Origin: Mobula hypostoma
Lineage: Eukaryota
Assembly (NCBI RefSeq): GCF_963921235.1
Contig: NC_086097.1
Location: forward strand, 130,636,001-130,700,000
Direction of reading: 5' to 3'
Length of the DNA: 64,000 nt
The notes under the pieces are model-generated. The model had not been told where the DNA came from, ran no database searches, and saw only the letters and a program-made list of their open reading frames with translations. Made by a program: the position numbers and the translations under genes. This document shows, in pieces, positions 12,480 through 23,639 of this stretch. Numbering within the stretch: the first letter of the stretch is position 1; every line of letters begins with the position of its first letter.

Positions 12480-13860
12480 TTTCAAAAGCATTATGGATTT
12501 TCAAAAAGGGAATCATACTTGAAAAATGTACAGATTTTTCTTGGAACCAGTAACTGGTAGAATGGATGGGGAGGAACCAGTGTATTTGGAGTTTTAGAAG
12601 GCTTTTATTAAAATCTTATATTTGAATGCAAAAGTAAAACATAGGATTTGGTGTAATGAGGTGATATAGTTTTGAGAACGAGTAGACAAGAAACAAAGGA
12701 TAAGAATAAATAACTAATTGCCTAAGTGATATTTGTTGACCAGTGGGAGGCCCCAAGGATCAAAATTGGACCTTCGCTATTCAGACGATGTATTAAAGAT
12801 TTAGTTCAGTGAATTGAGTCATATCTCCAAGATAGCATATCAAAATGCCAGGTAAGAACCTGAGATGTGAGAGGAGGATGCAGGGAGGATTCAGTGTGAT
12901 CCTGATAGGTTGAGTAAATTAGCAAATGTATATCAGATGGATAAAATATAGATACATGTGAGGGTAGCTAATTTGGTGGCAGAAACAGAAAGACAGATCA
13001 TTATCTGAATAATAATCTTCCCGGTTCTGCCACCAAAAGGAGGTCTGGTCAATTAAATCAACCACACAGATACAATATGTAGTTAAGGCGGCAAATTGTA
13101 GGTAGGCATTCATAGCAAGGGGATTAACGTGCAGGAGAAGGGATATCCTAATACAATTTATATGGCCTTGGTGAGACAATACGTTGAGTATCATGTGAAG
13201 TGTTAGTCCACTATGTGAGAAACTTTACACTTGTTACGGGAGGAAGCACAGCAAAAGTCCAGAAAACTGACTTCTGGAAAGACAGGACTGACGTATGAAG
13301 AGAGATTGGGATAACTACATGTATATTCACTAGAATTAACAAGAATGAGAAGAAACTTATAAAATCCTGATGGAGCCAGTCAGATAATACATGGGGAAAA
13401 ACTTGCTGGGATTAGCCAGAACATGAGATAGGTCATTTAGGACTGAGCTGAGTAATTTCTTCATCAAAAGATTGGTAAGCATGTAAAATTCTAAAATTCT
13501 CTCCCATAGTAAACAATTAAGAATAAACCATTAAGTACATTGAGAATGAGTTAGATATCATTCTAGGTTCAAAATTACAGTGCTTAAAAGACATTTGGAT
13601 ATGTATATGGTTGAAGGGCTGTGGACTAAATGCAGGCAAATGTGACTAGCTCAGGTAGGCAACTTGGTCAGCATGGACAAGCTGGGCCAATGTACCTGTT
13701 TATGTTTTGTATTAACTCTATGACATTCTCTGTCTCGAGTTTAGCAAAATCCAGGGAGATGGAGAGAAAGCAGGAATAGGGCTCCAAATTGGGACCATCA
13801 GCCATGATAATACTGAATGACAGAAGATGCTTAAAGGGCCGAATAGCCAACTCCTGTATA
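12480..13860 (+). mobile_element. Old CR1 RT/3' fragment with a nested CR1 3' tip
   Basis: Heavily mutated RT-region sequence; CR1 3' UTR ends at ~13725 and ~13860. Confidence 0.7.
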
Positions 13861-14880
13861 ACAGACAGCAAAACAGTTTTGATGGGAAGGAGGGTCAGGA
13901 ACTAGGTGACAGATTTTTAAGATAATTTGCAGAAATTCCAGAGTGGTTGATGGTAAAGGAGAAAATAGGGAGATGTTTCTGAGGCAGTTAGTTGTTTGGA
14001 TCTAGGACATATTTCCTGAAGGGATTTAATAGCTGATTTTTGAAAAGGTATTGTCCGTATACTTTAAAAGGAGAAACACTCAGAGAGGACTGCAATACTA
14101 ATTGGATTTCTCTCTCTTTCAAAGAGCTGGCACAGTGACAAAGAATTGAATGGCCTTCATCTGTAGAGGATTATCATAGGAAAACCACAGTGACATCACG
14201 TGAGATATTACTGGGCAATGAGTGAAGTAGTTTGAGTTAGGAAGTGTTGCTTTAAGCCTACATTCACATTCATGACTGTAGGCTTCTGGGTGGTGATATG
14301 ACCGGCTGGAAAACTGCAGACAGAAACAGCAATGTTAAATCTCTACTCTGCTCCAAAATTACACAAGCATTTTGCCTGACGCAGAAATGGAATCTGCAGA
14401 GGCATTGATATTTCTGGCAAGACCCATGGGCCTGCTCAAACACAAGGAATATATATTCTGGTTTCACAGCTACAGTCTGCTTGACAACTGAGCCATGTGC
14501 CTTTGTTGTCAGAGAGAATGATATGCATTTTGCACTCAGCTGTGCTGGAGAGTTGCATTTGTCAGGGAGTCATTGTTCCTAGTTTTGTTCCACAATCAGC
14601 TAACCCTTCCAGTGCAGTGGTGGGAGAGTTCTATAGTGTCAGATGTACTATCCTTCAAAAGAGGCCTGTCAGATAAATCACAAGAGACTATTTTGCATAA
14701 AAGTTGGGTGATGCTGGTTTATATTTATCTCTCATTCCTGTGTATGTACTTCAACGTAAACAAACTGGTGGCCTCATCACAACAGTGTCTGTGGTTTAAT
14801 AACTACTTCGACTGAAACATTAACTCTTGTTTCACTTACCATAGTTGCTGCCTGACCAGCTGAGTATTTCTAGCATTTTC

Positions 14881-15590
14881 CAAAGCAACACCCACAAAAT
14901 GCTGGAGAAACTCAGCAGGTGAGGCAGCATCTACAGAAAAGAATAACAGTCAACATTACATGCCCAGACACTTCTTCAGGACCAAGGGGGGAGATGTCAT
15001 AATAAAAGGTTTGTGGACCGCTTTGTTGACCACCTCCGCACCGTCCGCCACCAATGAGACTTCCTGATGACCAAACATTTTAATTACCACTCCCATTCCA
15101 ACATGTCAGTCCATGGCCTCCTCTTGTGCTAAGATGAGGCCACCCTCAGGGTGGAGGAGCAACACCTTATATTCTGTCTGGGTACCCTCCAACCTGATTA
15201 CATAAATATCAATTTCTCCTTCCAGTAAACAAATCCCCACCCCCTTTCGATTCCCCACTCTGACCTTTTCCCTCCCAGCTGCCTATTACTTCCACCTGGG
15301 TCCCCTCCTCCTTTCTTTTCTCCTGTTGTCCACTCTCCTCTATCAGTTTCTTTCTTCTCCAGACCTTGACCTTTACCACCCACCTAGTTTCACCTATCAC
15401 CTTCCTTCCAACCAGCCTCTTTCCCCTCCCTCTGCTTTTTTTTTTATTCGGGCATCTTATTTGTTAAGAAGAGTCTTGGCCAGAAACATCTATGGAAATA
15501 AGTAGATGTTGCCTGACCTGCTGAGTTCCTCCAGCATTTTGTGTGTGTAGCTCTGGATTTACAGCATCTGCAGACTTTCTCCTGTTTATG
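14881..15590 (+). mobile_element. 5'-truncated Penelope-like element with inverted terminal repeat
   Basis: GIY-YIG C-terminal coding remnant at ~15010-15225 (DEATLRVEEQHLIFCLG); terminal repeat in opposite orientations at both ends; 12-bp TSD tctagcattttc/tccagcattttc (14869-14880, 15591-15602). Confidence 0.75.
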
Positions 15591-15799
15591 TCCAGCATTT
15601 TCTAATTTTTAATTCAAGAAATGTTTCATTGTTGCAAAGCGAGGTTCTAAAAGGTGTGGTGGAAATGAACATTATTCATATATTTAAAATTTTGATTAAA
15701 ATGGCAAAATAGATAGAAACCAGCAGGATTTCCTCTTAAAAGCTGCATCAAAGGGGGTTCATCTGTATGTTGTGTGCACAAGGACCTTTGAGGAACTGT

Positions 15800-15925
15800 A
15801 AACACAAAAGATTCTGCAGATGCTGGAAATCCAGAGCAACACACACAAATCGCTGGAGGAACTCAGCAGGTCAGGCAACATCTATGGAAATGAATAAACA
15901 GTCGACGTTTCGGGCCGAGACACAG
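15800..15925 (-). mobile_element. Penelope terminal-repeat mini-insertion with hammerhead 3' half
   Basis: 13-bp TSD tttgaggaactgt/tttgaggaacagt (15787-15799, 15926-15938); minus strand reads gtctcggcccGAAACGTCgactg. Confidence 0.8.
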
Positions 15926-16083
15926 TTTGAGGAACAGTGATTATTGTGTTTCACGTCTGTTATTTTAAGATATATGTCCGCTGAAAATCCTTTATCAATC
16001 AGCCGTAAAAATTGATTTTAAAACTGAATCTTATTTTCTGCTGATCTGAGAAAAAGTACTGCAAAGTAGACTCCCTTTTGAAG

Positions 16084-16091
16084 TGACGTCA
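16084..16091. promoter_or_regulatory. Full palindromic CRE (TGACGTCA)
   Basis: Exact CREB/ATF consensus in a CpG-retaining, repeat-free stretch; a TGACGT half-site lies ~65 bp downstream. Function is unproven. Confidence 0.4.
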
Positions 16092-17554
16092 AGGAAAACA
16101 ACATCCATAGCGCGAATTAAGCTCACCGCTATTACCGCTTGGATGTAGTGACGTGTCAGAATTCTACATCCCTAGTCTATTCAACCAAGCAGCGATGTGG
16201 CAGCAAGCGGATAACATCGCTTTAAAGAGATGGACTCTCATGCCCGTTACCAGCTGAAAGCTAATTTCTTCTCAAATCTCTTTTTGAAAAACTTTTTTTT
16301 TTGGACAATAGATTCTACCAGGAACCGGCAGCTCGGAGTTAGCTGTGGATTTCAATGGTGTTGAGACTTTGCAATGATCGCCTTTGCTCGGGAGACCACT
16401 AGCGGTTACGGTCCAGATGTGCTGTTTTCACAACCACGCGGTTCGCATCCCACCCCCTTCTGTTTGCTGAATCTCAAAGTGATGACTGTTACTTGTACAG
16501 GCGATTCTTTATTCAAACCAAGTCACCCAACCCCACCACCCCCTCCACACACACACACACACACAACAAATCTACTCTTCCTTCCATATTCCCTTTGCTA
16601 TTCCCGCTTTCCGACTCTACAATATTTCTCATTTCTATTACAGGGAATTAAATCTAAAGATGATGCAAAATATGAGCGCAGAGAAGAGGGTCCAATCAGA
16701 TGCAAACCAATACCAGACATCTTACTGTATAAAAAAAAGTAGGTAACGGGACTAAGTTTTGTTTTGCTAATGTTCAGGATTAAGCAAGAACGAGTCTGGA
16801 TTGAAAGTTCCAGGGGTCTTAATATAAACGCGGGTCTTTGTAGGTCTACACATGGTCTGTGATGATAATCCAGTTGGTTTATATCCTGTTGACATCCCGT
16901 TAATCATAAGAGACGCGTGCAACGTCTTAAATAAATGCCAAGTGGTGTGAATTAGAATGTGTACTTTGGCACCGATCGCCGCTGCCCAGACGATTGAATT
17001 AGACCATTCAGAAGGGTTTCTTTTCCCCTCCTCTTCCCCGGCCACTCCTGCCAGAAAGAGAAAGAGAAAATATTTCCCTCGTCTGCACAGAACGTTGATG
17101 TTGCCGGCAATTAGTATCACAATAATAGGTGAGTATGATTAATGCTAATACAATATTCAATATAATACACACAGACATACTCACATACAGACACATGTCA
17201 ACGCACATCGGTTTACAAACAGTGATTGGAGCTTTAGAGCAACCTTCCTGTGTGCAGACAGGACATCTCGGCAAACAACGATACTTAACACACGTCTGCA
17301 CTGTGCCACTGGGAAAAACCTGGGAATCACCTCACGGACCCTCTGAAATCAGAGCAACTTCAATTCCACCCTTCCAATTTCTAATGAAAGTAATGCACCC
17401 TCTTTAAACTTTCCCGTCCTTAATACCTCGCAATTATTATTAACAATATAATTTGTCAATTCTTAAGAATTTTGTCACGGTATCGAACTCTTCTCACAGT
17501 TTAATCAAAGATCGATTTCTCAGTCTAGCAAGTTCAGTAAAAAAGATAAATTAC

Positions 17555-17573
17555 CTTCCTCTGCAGACTTCAT
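17555..17573 (-). CDS. Candidate first coding exon segment of an unidentified host gene (MKSAEE + 1 nt, phase-1 intron)
   Basis: Minus strand gcagcATGAAGTCTGCAGAGGAAG|gtaatt: A at Kozak -3, AG|GTAATT donor, ~300 nt of unique 5'-UTR-like sequence and a CpG-rich promoter upstream. No downstream exon identified in the window. Confidence 0.5.
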
Positions 17574-17859
17574 GCTGCCTCGGAGATAAGCGAGAATAAT
17601 AAAGTGACTTCCCCCTCTCTCCTTGTCTGGCCCTGGGAATTCTGAAGCTAAACACCGCTCTGTGAGAGATGGACAAAGTACCCAGTCAGTTGCATTCTGG
17701 TGCAACCGCTTCCTTGCAGAGGGCTGGTTGCTGTCACTGCTGGAGTTCCCACAGAGCTGTAATGCTGTGTGGGTGTAGGGCTGGTGCTATCCCTGCCGCT
17801 GCCTTGATGGGCAGGAGTTTCCTCAGGCTCCAGTGATGTGCAGTGTGTCTGTGTATGTG

Positions 17860-18420
17860 ATGGAGAGCCGCCAGCGCCCGAGCCCCGTGTCAAACCAAAC
17901 ACACACACACACACACACCCTCCCTCTGCAAAAACAATCAAAGAAGCAAAACACCCACCTTCGGCAGAGCGCGCGCACTTGCCTCTGCACGTACACTCCA
18001 CCCTTACCCTCTCGACTTGGCGTGCACACCGGCGCGCTACCCCACCCAAACCCCGCCACCCACCCCCACAAACACAAACAACTTTTGTGGCACATTCAGG
18101 TACCCGACCCCCAGCTCCCCCGCGCGCGTGAGCATTATGAGCCAACAGCGCGCGCGCGCGGTGCTCTCCGTGCACGCGCGTGTGTAATCCGAGTTTGTCG
18201 CCCGTATGAACATGACGCTCCAGGCAGCGCGTGCACAACTGGTGAAACCTCCCCAATGCGCTTTCCCGCTAAACAGTGTACACGCGCTCTGGGGAAAGCT
18301 TCCGACAGAGGGGCGACCCCACTTTCTCGGTAACTCCCTCGCCATACTCACTCACTGTTACGGCCGCCCAAGTCCCGGGCATACCCTCATTAGTTAACGC
18401 CATACAGCGCCCTTATATGT
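17860..18420 (-). promoter_or_regulatory. CpG-island-like promoter
   Basis: Highest GC/CpG density in the window (gcgcgcgcgcg, gtgcacgcgcgtgtgt), repeat-free, immediately upstream of the candidate exon. Confidence 0.7.
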
Positions 18421-19119
18421 GCTGGGTGCTGTCTCAAAGAGAAATAACAGCAGCCACCTTTACCTGTTACCTGCCTTAATAACATCCAATCAGTAAAGGA
18501 CAACTCTACTACCAGTGACGCTTGAACCGTGTTGATTAGGTGGGTTCCTTGCACAGCCAGCTGTGTAAATCAAACAGTTAACGAAGACGCAATATTTTCT
18601 ATTGGTTACTTGGACATTGAAACAATTTATTAAATATTTTCATATTATTCTATAAACAAATATATAATAAATCAAATGATAAAAATACACATTTGCAAAT
18701 CTTTTGATGATTCTACTTTAATACTGTTACAAATCATTGCCAGCATGACAAGCATTTTTGACATTCAAAAACAAAATAAAATGCTGTTGTAAATCAGGAA
18801 AGAATGTTGGAAGCTCCCAGCAAATTAGGTGGCATATATGGAGAAGGACCCAGAATTCAGGTTGGGGAAAGTTAGAGATGAAACAAATTTTAAGGACGAA
18901 ATACAAAAGATTTTGCAGATGCTGGAAATCTTGAGTAACACACAAATGTTTGGGCTGCCTCCAATCAGTGAATGGGAGCATGAGAAAAACCAGTGACTTC
19001 ACACAGGTCCACAACTGAAGATTAAAAAAGAAGTGCTTTACAACAGTTTTCAGAGCTTGGACTCCATCCAATCAATGAACGGGATTCATTTGCAAGGGCA
19101 AACAAAAATAAGGCACAGG

Positions 19120-21125
19120 AAAGTGGAGCGGCCCTTATGTGAGTGGGCCAGTGTTAGAGTGGCTTTGGCTCATCAGGCTTCAGCGGGATCAGGCTTGGGT
19201 GGGATAAGGATCTAGTAAGTTTCTTTTTCTTTATTCTCCATTCCTCGGCTGTTAGGGCACAGTTAGTGCAGCGAGAACGGCTCCAGGGGCTGTGTTGTGA
19301 TCTTTGTGTGAGATGTGGGAGTTCTGGGACAACTTGAGTCTCCCAGAAAACCACAACTGCACCAGGTGCACCAAGCTGCAGGTCCTCGGAAAACATGGTA
19401 AGGAACTGGAGCTGCAGCTCGATGACCTTCAGCTTATGCAGGAGACTGAGAAAGTGATAGATAGGAGTTACAAGGATATAATCACCCCAAGGTTGGAGGA
19501 TGCAGGTAACTGAGTGACTGTCAGGAGCAGAAAGGGAAATGGGTAGCCAGTATAGAGTACCCCTGTGGCCATTCCTCTCAATAATAAGTATACCAATTTT
19601 TGATAATGTTGAGGGGGTGACCTACCAGAGGTGAGATGCAGCAACTGGGTCTCTGGTACTGAGTCTAGGGCGGTGGTTCAAAAGAGAAGCAAGGGAAGAG
19701 GACTGCAGTAACAATAGGAGATCCCATAGTTAGAGGAATAGCGCCAAGATTTTACGGACATGATAAGAGACACACAGGTATTATGTTGCATCCCCAGCTG
19801 CCACAGATCAGGGATGACTCAGACTGGGTCTATGGCATTCTAAAGGGGGAGGGTGAGCAGTCAGAAGTCAGTACATATTGACACCAATGACATAGGTAGG
19901 AAAGGTGAGGAAGTCCTGAAGAGAGATTTTAGTGAGCTAGGTAGAAAGCCGAAAAGCGGGACCACCAGGCTAGTAATCTCTGGATTGCTGTCTGTGCCAC
20001 GTCCCACTGAGGAGCATTTGTCAGATAAATGCGTGGCTGAGGAACTGGTGCAGGGGGCAGGGCTTCAGATTTCTGGATCATTGGGACCTCCTCTGGGGGA
20101 GGTAAGACCCATACAAATGTGATGGGTTACACCTGAACCTGAGGGGAACAAATATCCTTGTGGGAAGGTTTGATAAAGTTGTTCAGGAGGGTTTAAACTA
20201 ATTTGGCAGGGGAATAGGAAATGGAGTGATAAGGCTGAGGAAGGGGTAGTTTTACACAAAAAAAAAGCAGAGTGTAGTGAGTCTGCTAGCAAGGACAGGC
20301 TGATGATAGGGCAAGAGTGAAGTCAATGGAATAAGTTGCAATGTAAAAGGGAGACAAAATCAAAAAAGGTGATGAATACAAGACTGAAGGTGTTATATTT
20401 GAATGCATGCAGTATACGGAATAGCGTAGATGAACTTCTAGCAGTTACATATGGCATGTATGATGTTGTGGGCATCACTGAATCATAGCTGAAAGATTAC
20501 AGCTGTGAGCTTAATATCCAAGGATACTCATTGTATCGAAAGGACAGGGAGGTAGGAAGAGGGGGTAGAGTGGCTCTGTAGGTAAAAAATGAAATCAAAT
20601 CCTTAGAAAGAGGTGACATAGGATCGGACAATGTAGAATCCTTGTGGGTACAGCTAAGACTCTGCAACTGTAAAAAGAACCTGATGGGAGTTATATACAG
20701 ACCTCTGAACAGTAGCAAAGATGCGGGCTACAAATTACAGCAGAACATAGAAAATACATGTCAATAGGGAAATATTATGATAGTCACAGGGGACTTCAAT
20801 TTGCAGCGATATTGGGAAAATCAGGTTGGTACTGAATTGCAAGAAAGGGATTTTGTAGAATGCCTACAAGATGGAATTTTAGAGCATCTCATGATTGAGC
20901 TTATGGTAAAGGAACTTTACCAGTGATCATAATATGATAGATTTCACTCAACAATTTGAGAAGAAGCTAAAGTCTGATTTATCAGTGTTACAGTGGAGTA
21001 AAAGAAATTATAAATGTATGAGAGAGGCGTTGGCCAAAATTGATTGTAAGGGGACACTAGCAGAGCAGCAATGATTGGAGTTTCTGGGAGCACTTTTTTC
21101 AGTGTTATATATCGATGATTTGGAT
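19120..21125 (+). mobile_element. CR1 LINE 5' portion: 5' UTR, ORF1 (Zn finger-leucine zipper, SGNH esterase), endonuclease
   Basis: CEMWEFW..CTRCTKLQ..ELELQLDDL; VHIDTNDIGRK; endonuclease start (LYLNACSI); many stops and frameshifts. Confidence 0.9.
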
Positions 21126-21835
21126 TTTGGCTTTTACATTAGCTTTGAAATCCCTTGTCAGCCATAGTTGTACTGTTTTGTCATTTGAGTATTTCTTTGT
21201 TTTTGGAACACATCTATCCCACACCTTCCTCATTTTCCCAGAGACTCACGCTGTTGCTGTTTTGCTGTCGTCCCTGCCAGCATCTCCTTCCAAATAACTT
21301 TGTCTAACTCCTCTCTCATACCACTGTAATTTCCTTTATTTTCTCCATATCAAGTCTCAAGTTGAACTCCATCATACTGTGCCCACTGGCTCCTATGGGT
21401 TATCTTACCTTAAGGTCCCTAATTGCCTCTGGTTCATTACACAACACCCAATCCAGTATAGCTGATCCTCAAGTAGGCTCAATGACAAACTGCTCTAAAA
21501 AGCCATCTCAAAGGCATTCATCAAATTCTCTCACTTGGAATCCATTTCCAACCCAATTTTCCCGATCGACCTGCACGTTGAAATCTCCCATGACTATCAT
21601 AACATTACCCTGGTGACATGCCTTTTCGATTTTCTGGTACAATCTGTGGTCCACATCCCAGCTACTGTTGGGAGGCCTGTATATAACTGCCATCATAGTC
21701 CTTTTACCCTTGCAGTTTCTTAACTCAACCCACAAGGATTCAACATCTTTCTACTGATTTGATGACATTCGTTACCAGCAGAGCCATAACACCCCCTCTA
21801 CCTACCTTCCTATCCTTCTGATACAACTTGTAACC

Positions 21836-22620
21836 ATAGAATCATAGAACACTACAGCACGGAAACAGGCCTTTTGGCCCTTCTTGGCTGTGCCAAACCA
21901 TTTTTCTGCCTAGTCCCACTGACCTGCACCTGGACCATATCCTTCCAGACACCTCTCATCCATGTACCTGTCCAAGTTTTTCTTAAATGTTAAAAGTGAG
22001 CTTGCATTTACCACTTCATCTGGAAGCTCATTCCACACTCCCGCCACTCTCTGTGTGAAGAAGCCCCGCCCCCCCAATGTTCCCTTTAAACTTTTCCCCC
22101 TTCACCCTAAACCCATGTCCTCTGGTTTTTTTCTCCCCTTGCCTCAGTGGAAAAAACCTGCTTGCATTCACTCTGTCTATACCCATCATAATTTTATATA
22201 CCTCTATCAAATCTTCCCTCATTCTTCTATGCTCCAGGGAATAAAGTCCTAAGCTATTCAACCTTTCTCTGTAACTCAGTTTCTCAAGTCCCGGCAACAT
22301 CCTTGTAAACCTTCTCTGCATTCTTTCAACCTTATTAATATCCTTCCTGTAATTTGGTGACCAAAACTGCACACAATACTCCAAATTCAGCCTCACCAAT
22401 GCCTTATACAACCTCATCATAACAATCCAACTCTTATACTCAATACTTTGATTTATAAAGGCCAATGTACCAAAAGCTCTCTTTGTGACCGAATCTACCT
22501 GTGACGCCACTTTTAAGGAATTTTGTATGTGTTCCCAGATTCCTCTGTTCTACTGCACTCTTCAGTGCCTTACCATTAACCTTGTATGTTCTACCTTGGT
22601 TTGTCCTTCCAAAGTGCAAT
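21836..22620 (-). mobile_element. Younger 5'-truncated CR1 (RT C-terminus + 3' UTR) nested in CR1
   Basis: 160-aa open frame (LYKALVRLNLEYCVQFWSP..RRMREDLIEVYKIM) and atagaatcatagaa tail; the host sequence rejoins as gtaacc|ttggac. Confidence 0.9.
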
Positions 22621-23083
22621 ACCTTGGACATTCAGCTCCCAACTTCAGCCATGATTCAGTGATGGCCGCAACATCGTACCCAATAATCTGTAAAAGTGCA
22701 ACAAGATCATCCACCTTATTTCTTATACTTTGTGCATTGTGACATAACGTGCACTGACACTCAACTCTGCTGGCTACAATTATGTCCTGTCATCGGCCTG
22801 CCCTTCCTGACAGTCTGACTGAATGCAATCTTTACGTTTTTAACATCCATCCTATCCTGAGTCCCTTCACTCCAGTTCCCACCTCCCTGCTAAATTAGTT
22901 TAAACCCTGCCCAACAGCTCTAACAAACCTGTCCGCAAGAATATTGGTCCCCCTCGGGTTCAGGTGCAACCCATCACTTTTGAATAGGTCATACCTCCCC
23001 CAGAAAAGATCCCAATGATCTACGAACCTGAAGCCCTGCCCCCTGCGCCAGCTTCTCAGCCACACATCAATTTGCCAAATCAT

Positions 23084-23288
23084 TGTTGTTGCGTATGTGG
23101 CTGGTTTACACAACAAATATATAAATAAAACGCTGGAGACGGGAACTAAATCAACAGGGTTCTTTACTAACTAAAACCGAACTGAACACACACGTACAGA
23201 TCAATACGCGCCTAATAGCGCATGCTCAATACGATGTATTACTACAATATAAAGTAGTCCTATATGATACAGTAGGCTATATGGTACA
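23084..23288. mobile_element. Solo LTR, 205 bp
   Basis: TG...CA ends and perfect 5-bp TSD ATCAT (23079-23083, 23289-23293), inside a CR1 esterase region. Confidence 0.8.
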
Positions 23289-23639
23289 ATCATGTTTCTA
23301 CCCTCACTGGTGCATGGAACACGCAGCAAGCCAGAAATTACTACACGGGAGGTTCTGCTTCTCAGCTTTCTCCCTAGCTGTCTAAATACTCTTTTCGGGA
23401 CCTCTTTGCTTTTCTTTCCTTTGTCATTGGTACCAATATGTACCAAGACATCTGGCTGCTCTCTCTCCCTCTCCAAAATGTTGTGGACATGACCCAAGAC
23501 ATCCCTGACCCCGGCACCTGGGAGGCAACATACCATTCAAGTGTCTTGTTCATGTCTACAGAATCTCCTGTCCGTTCCCATGACTATTGAGTCCCCTATC
23601 ACTACAGCTCTTCTCTTCTCTTACTTTCCCTTCTGCACC

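Larger units (their letters stand above)
21126..23635 (-). mobile_element. CR1 LINE (esterase + endonuclease) with two nested insertions
   Basis: VCCLPGAGVRD..VHIGTND, DHWDLFWGRYDLFKSDGLHLN, VIYRPPNS..MGDFN. Confidence 0.9.

Noticed and set aside
17648..18351. Several overlapping 90-200-aa ORFs
   Set aside because: Stop-poor GC-rich promoter and CA repeats; no recognisable domain, and the ORFs occur on both strands.
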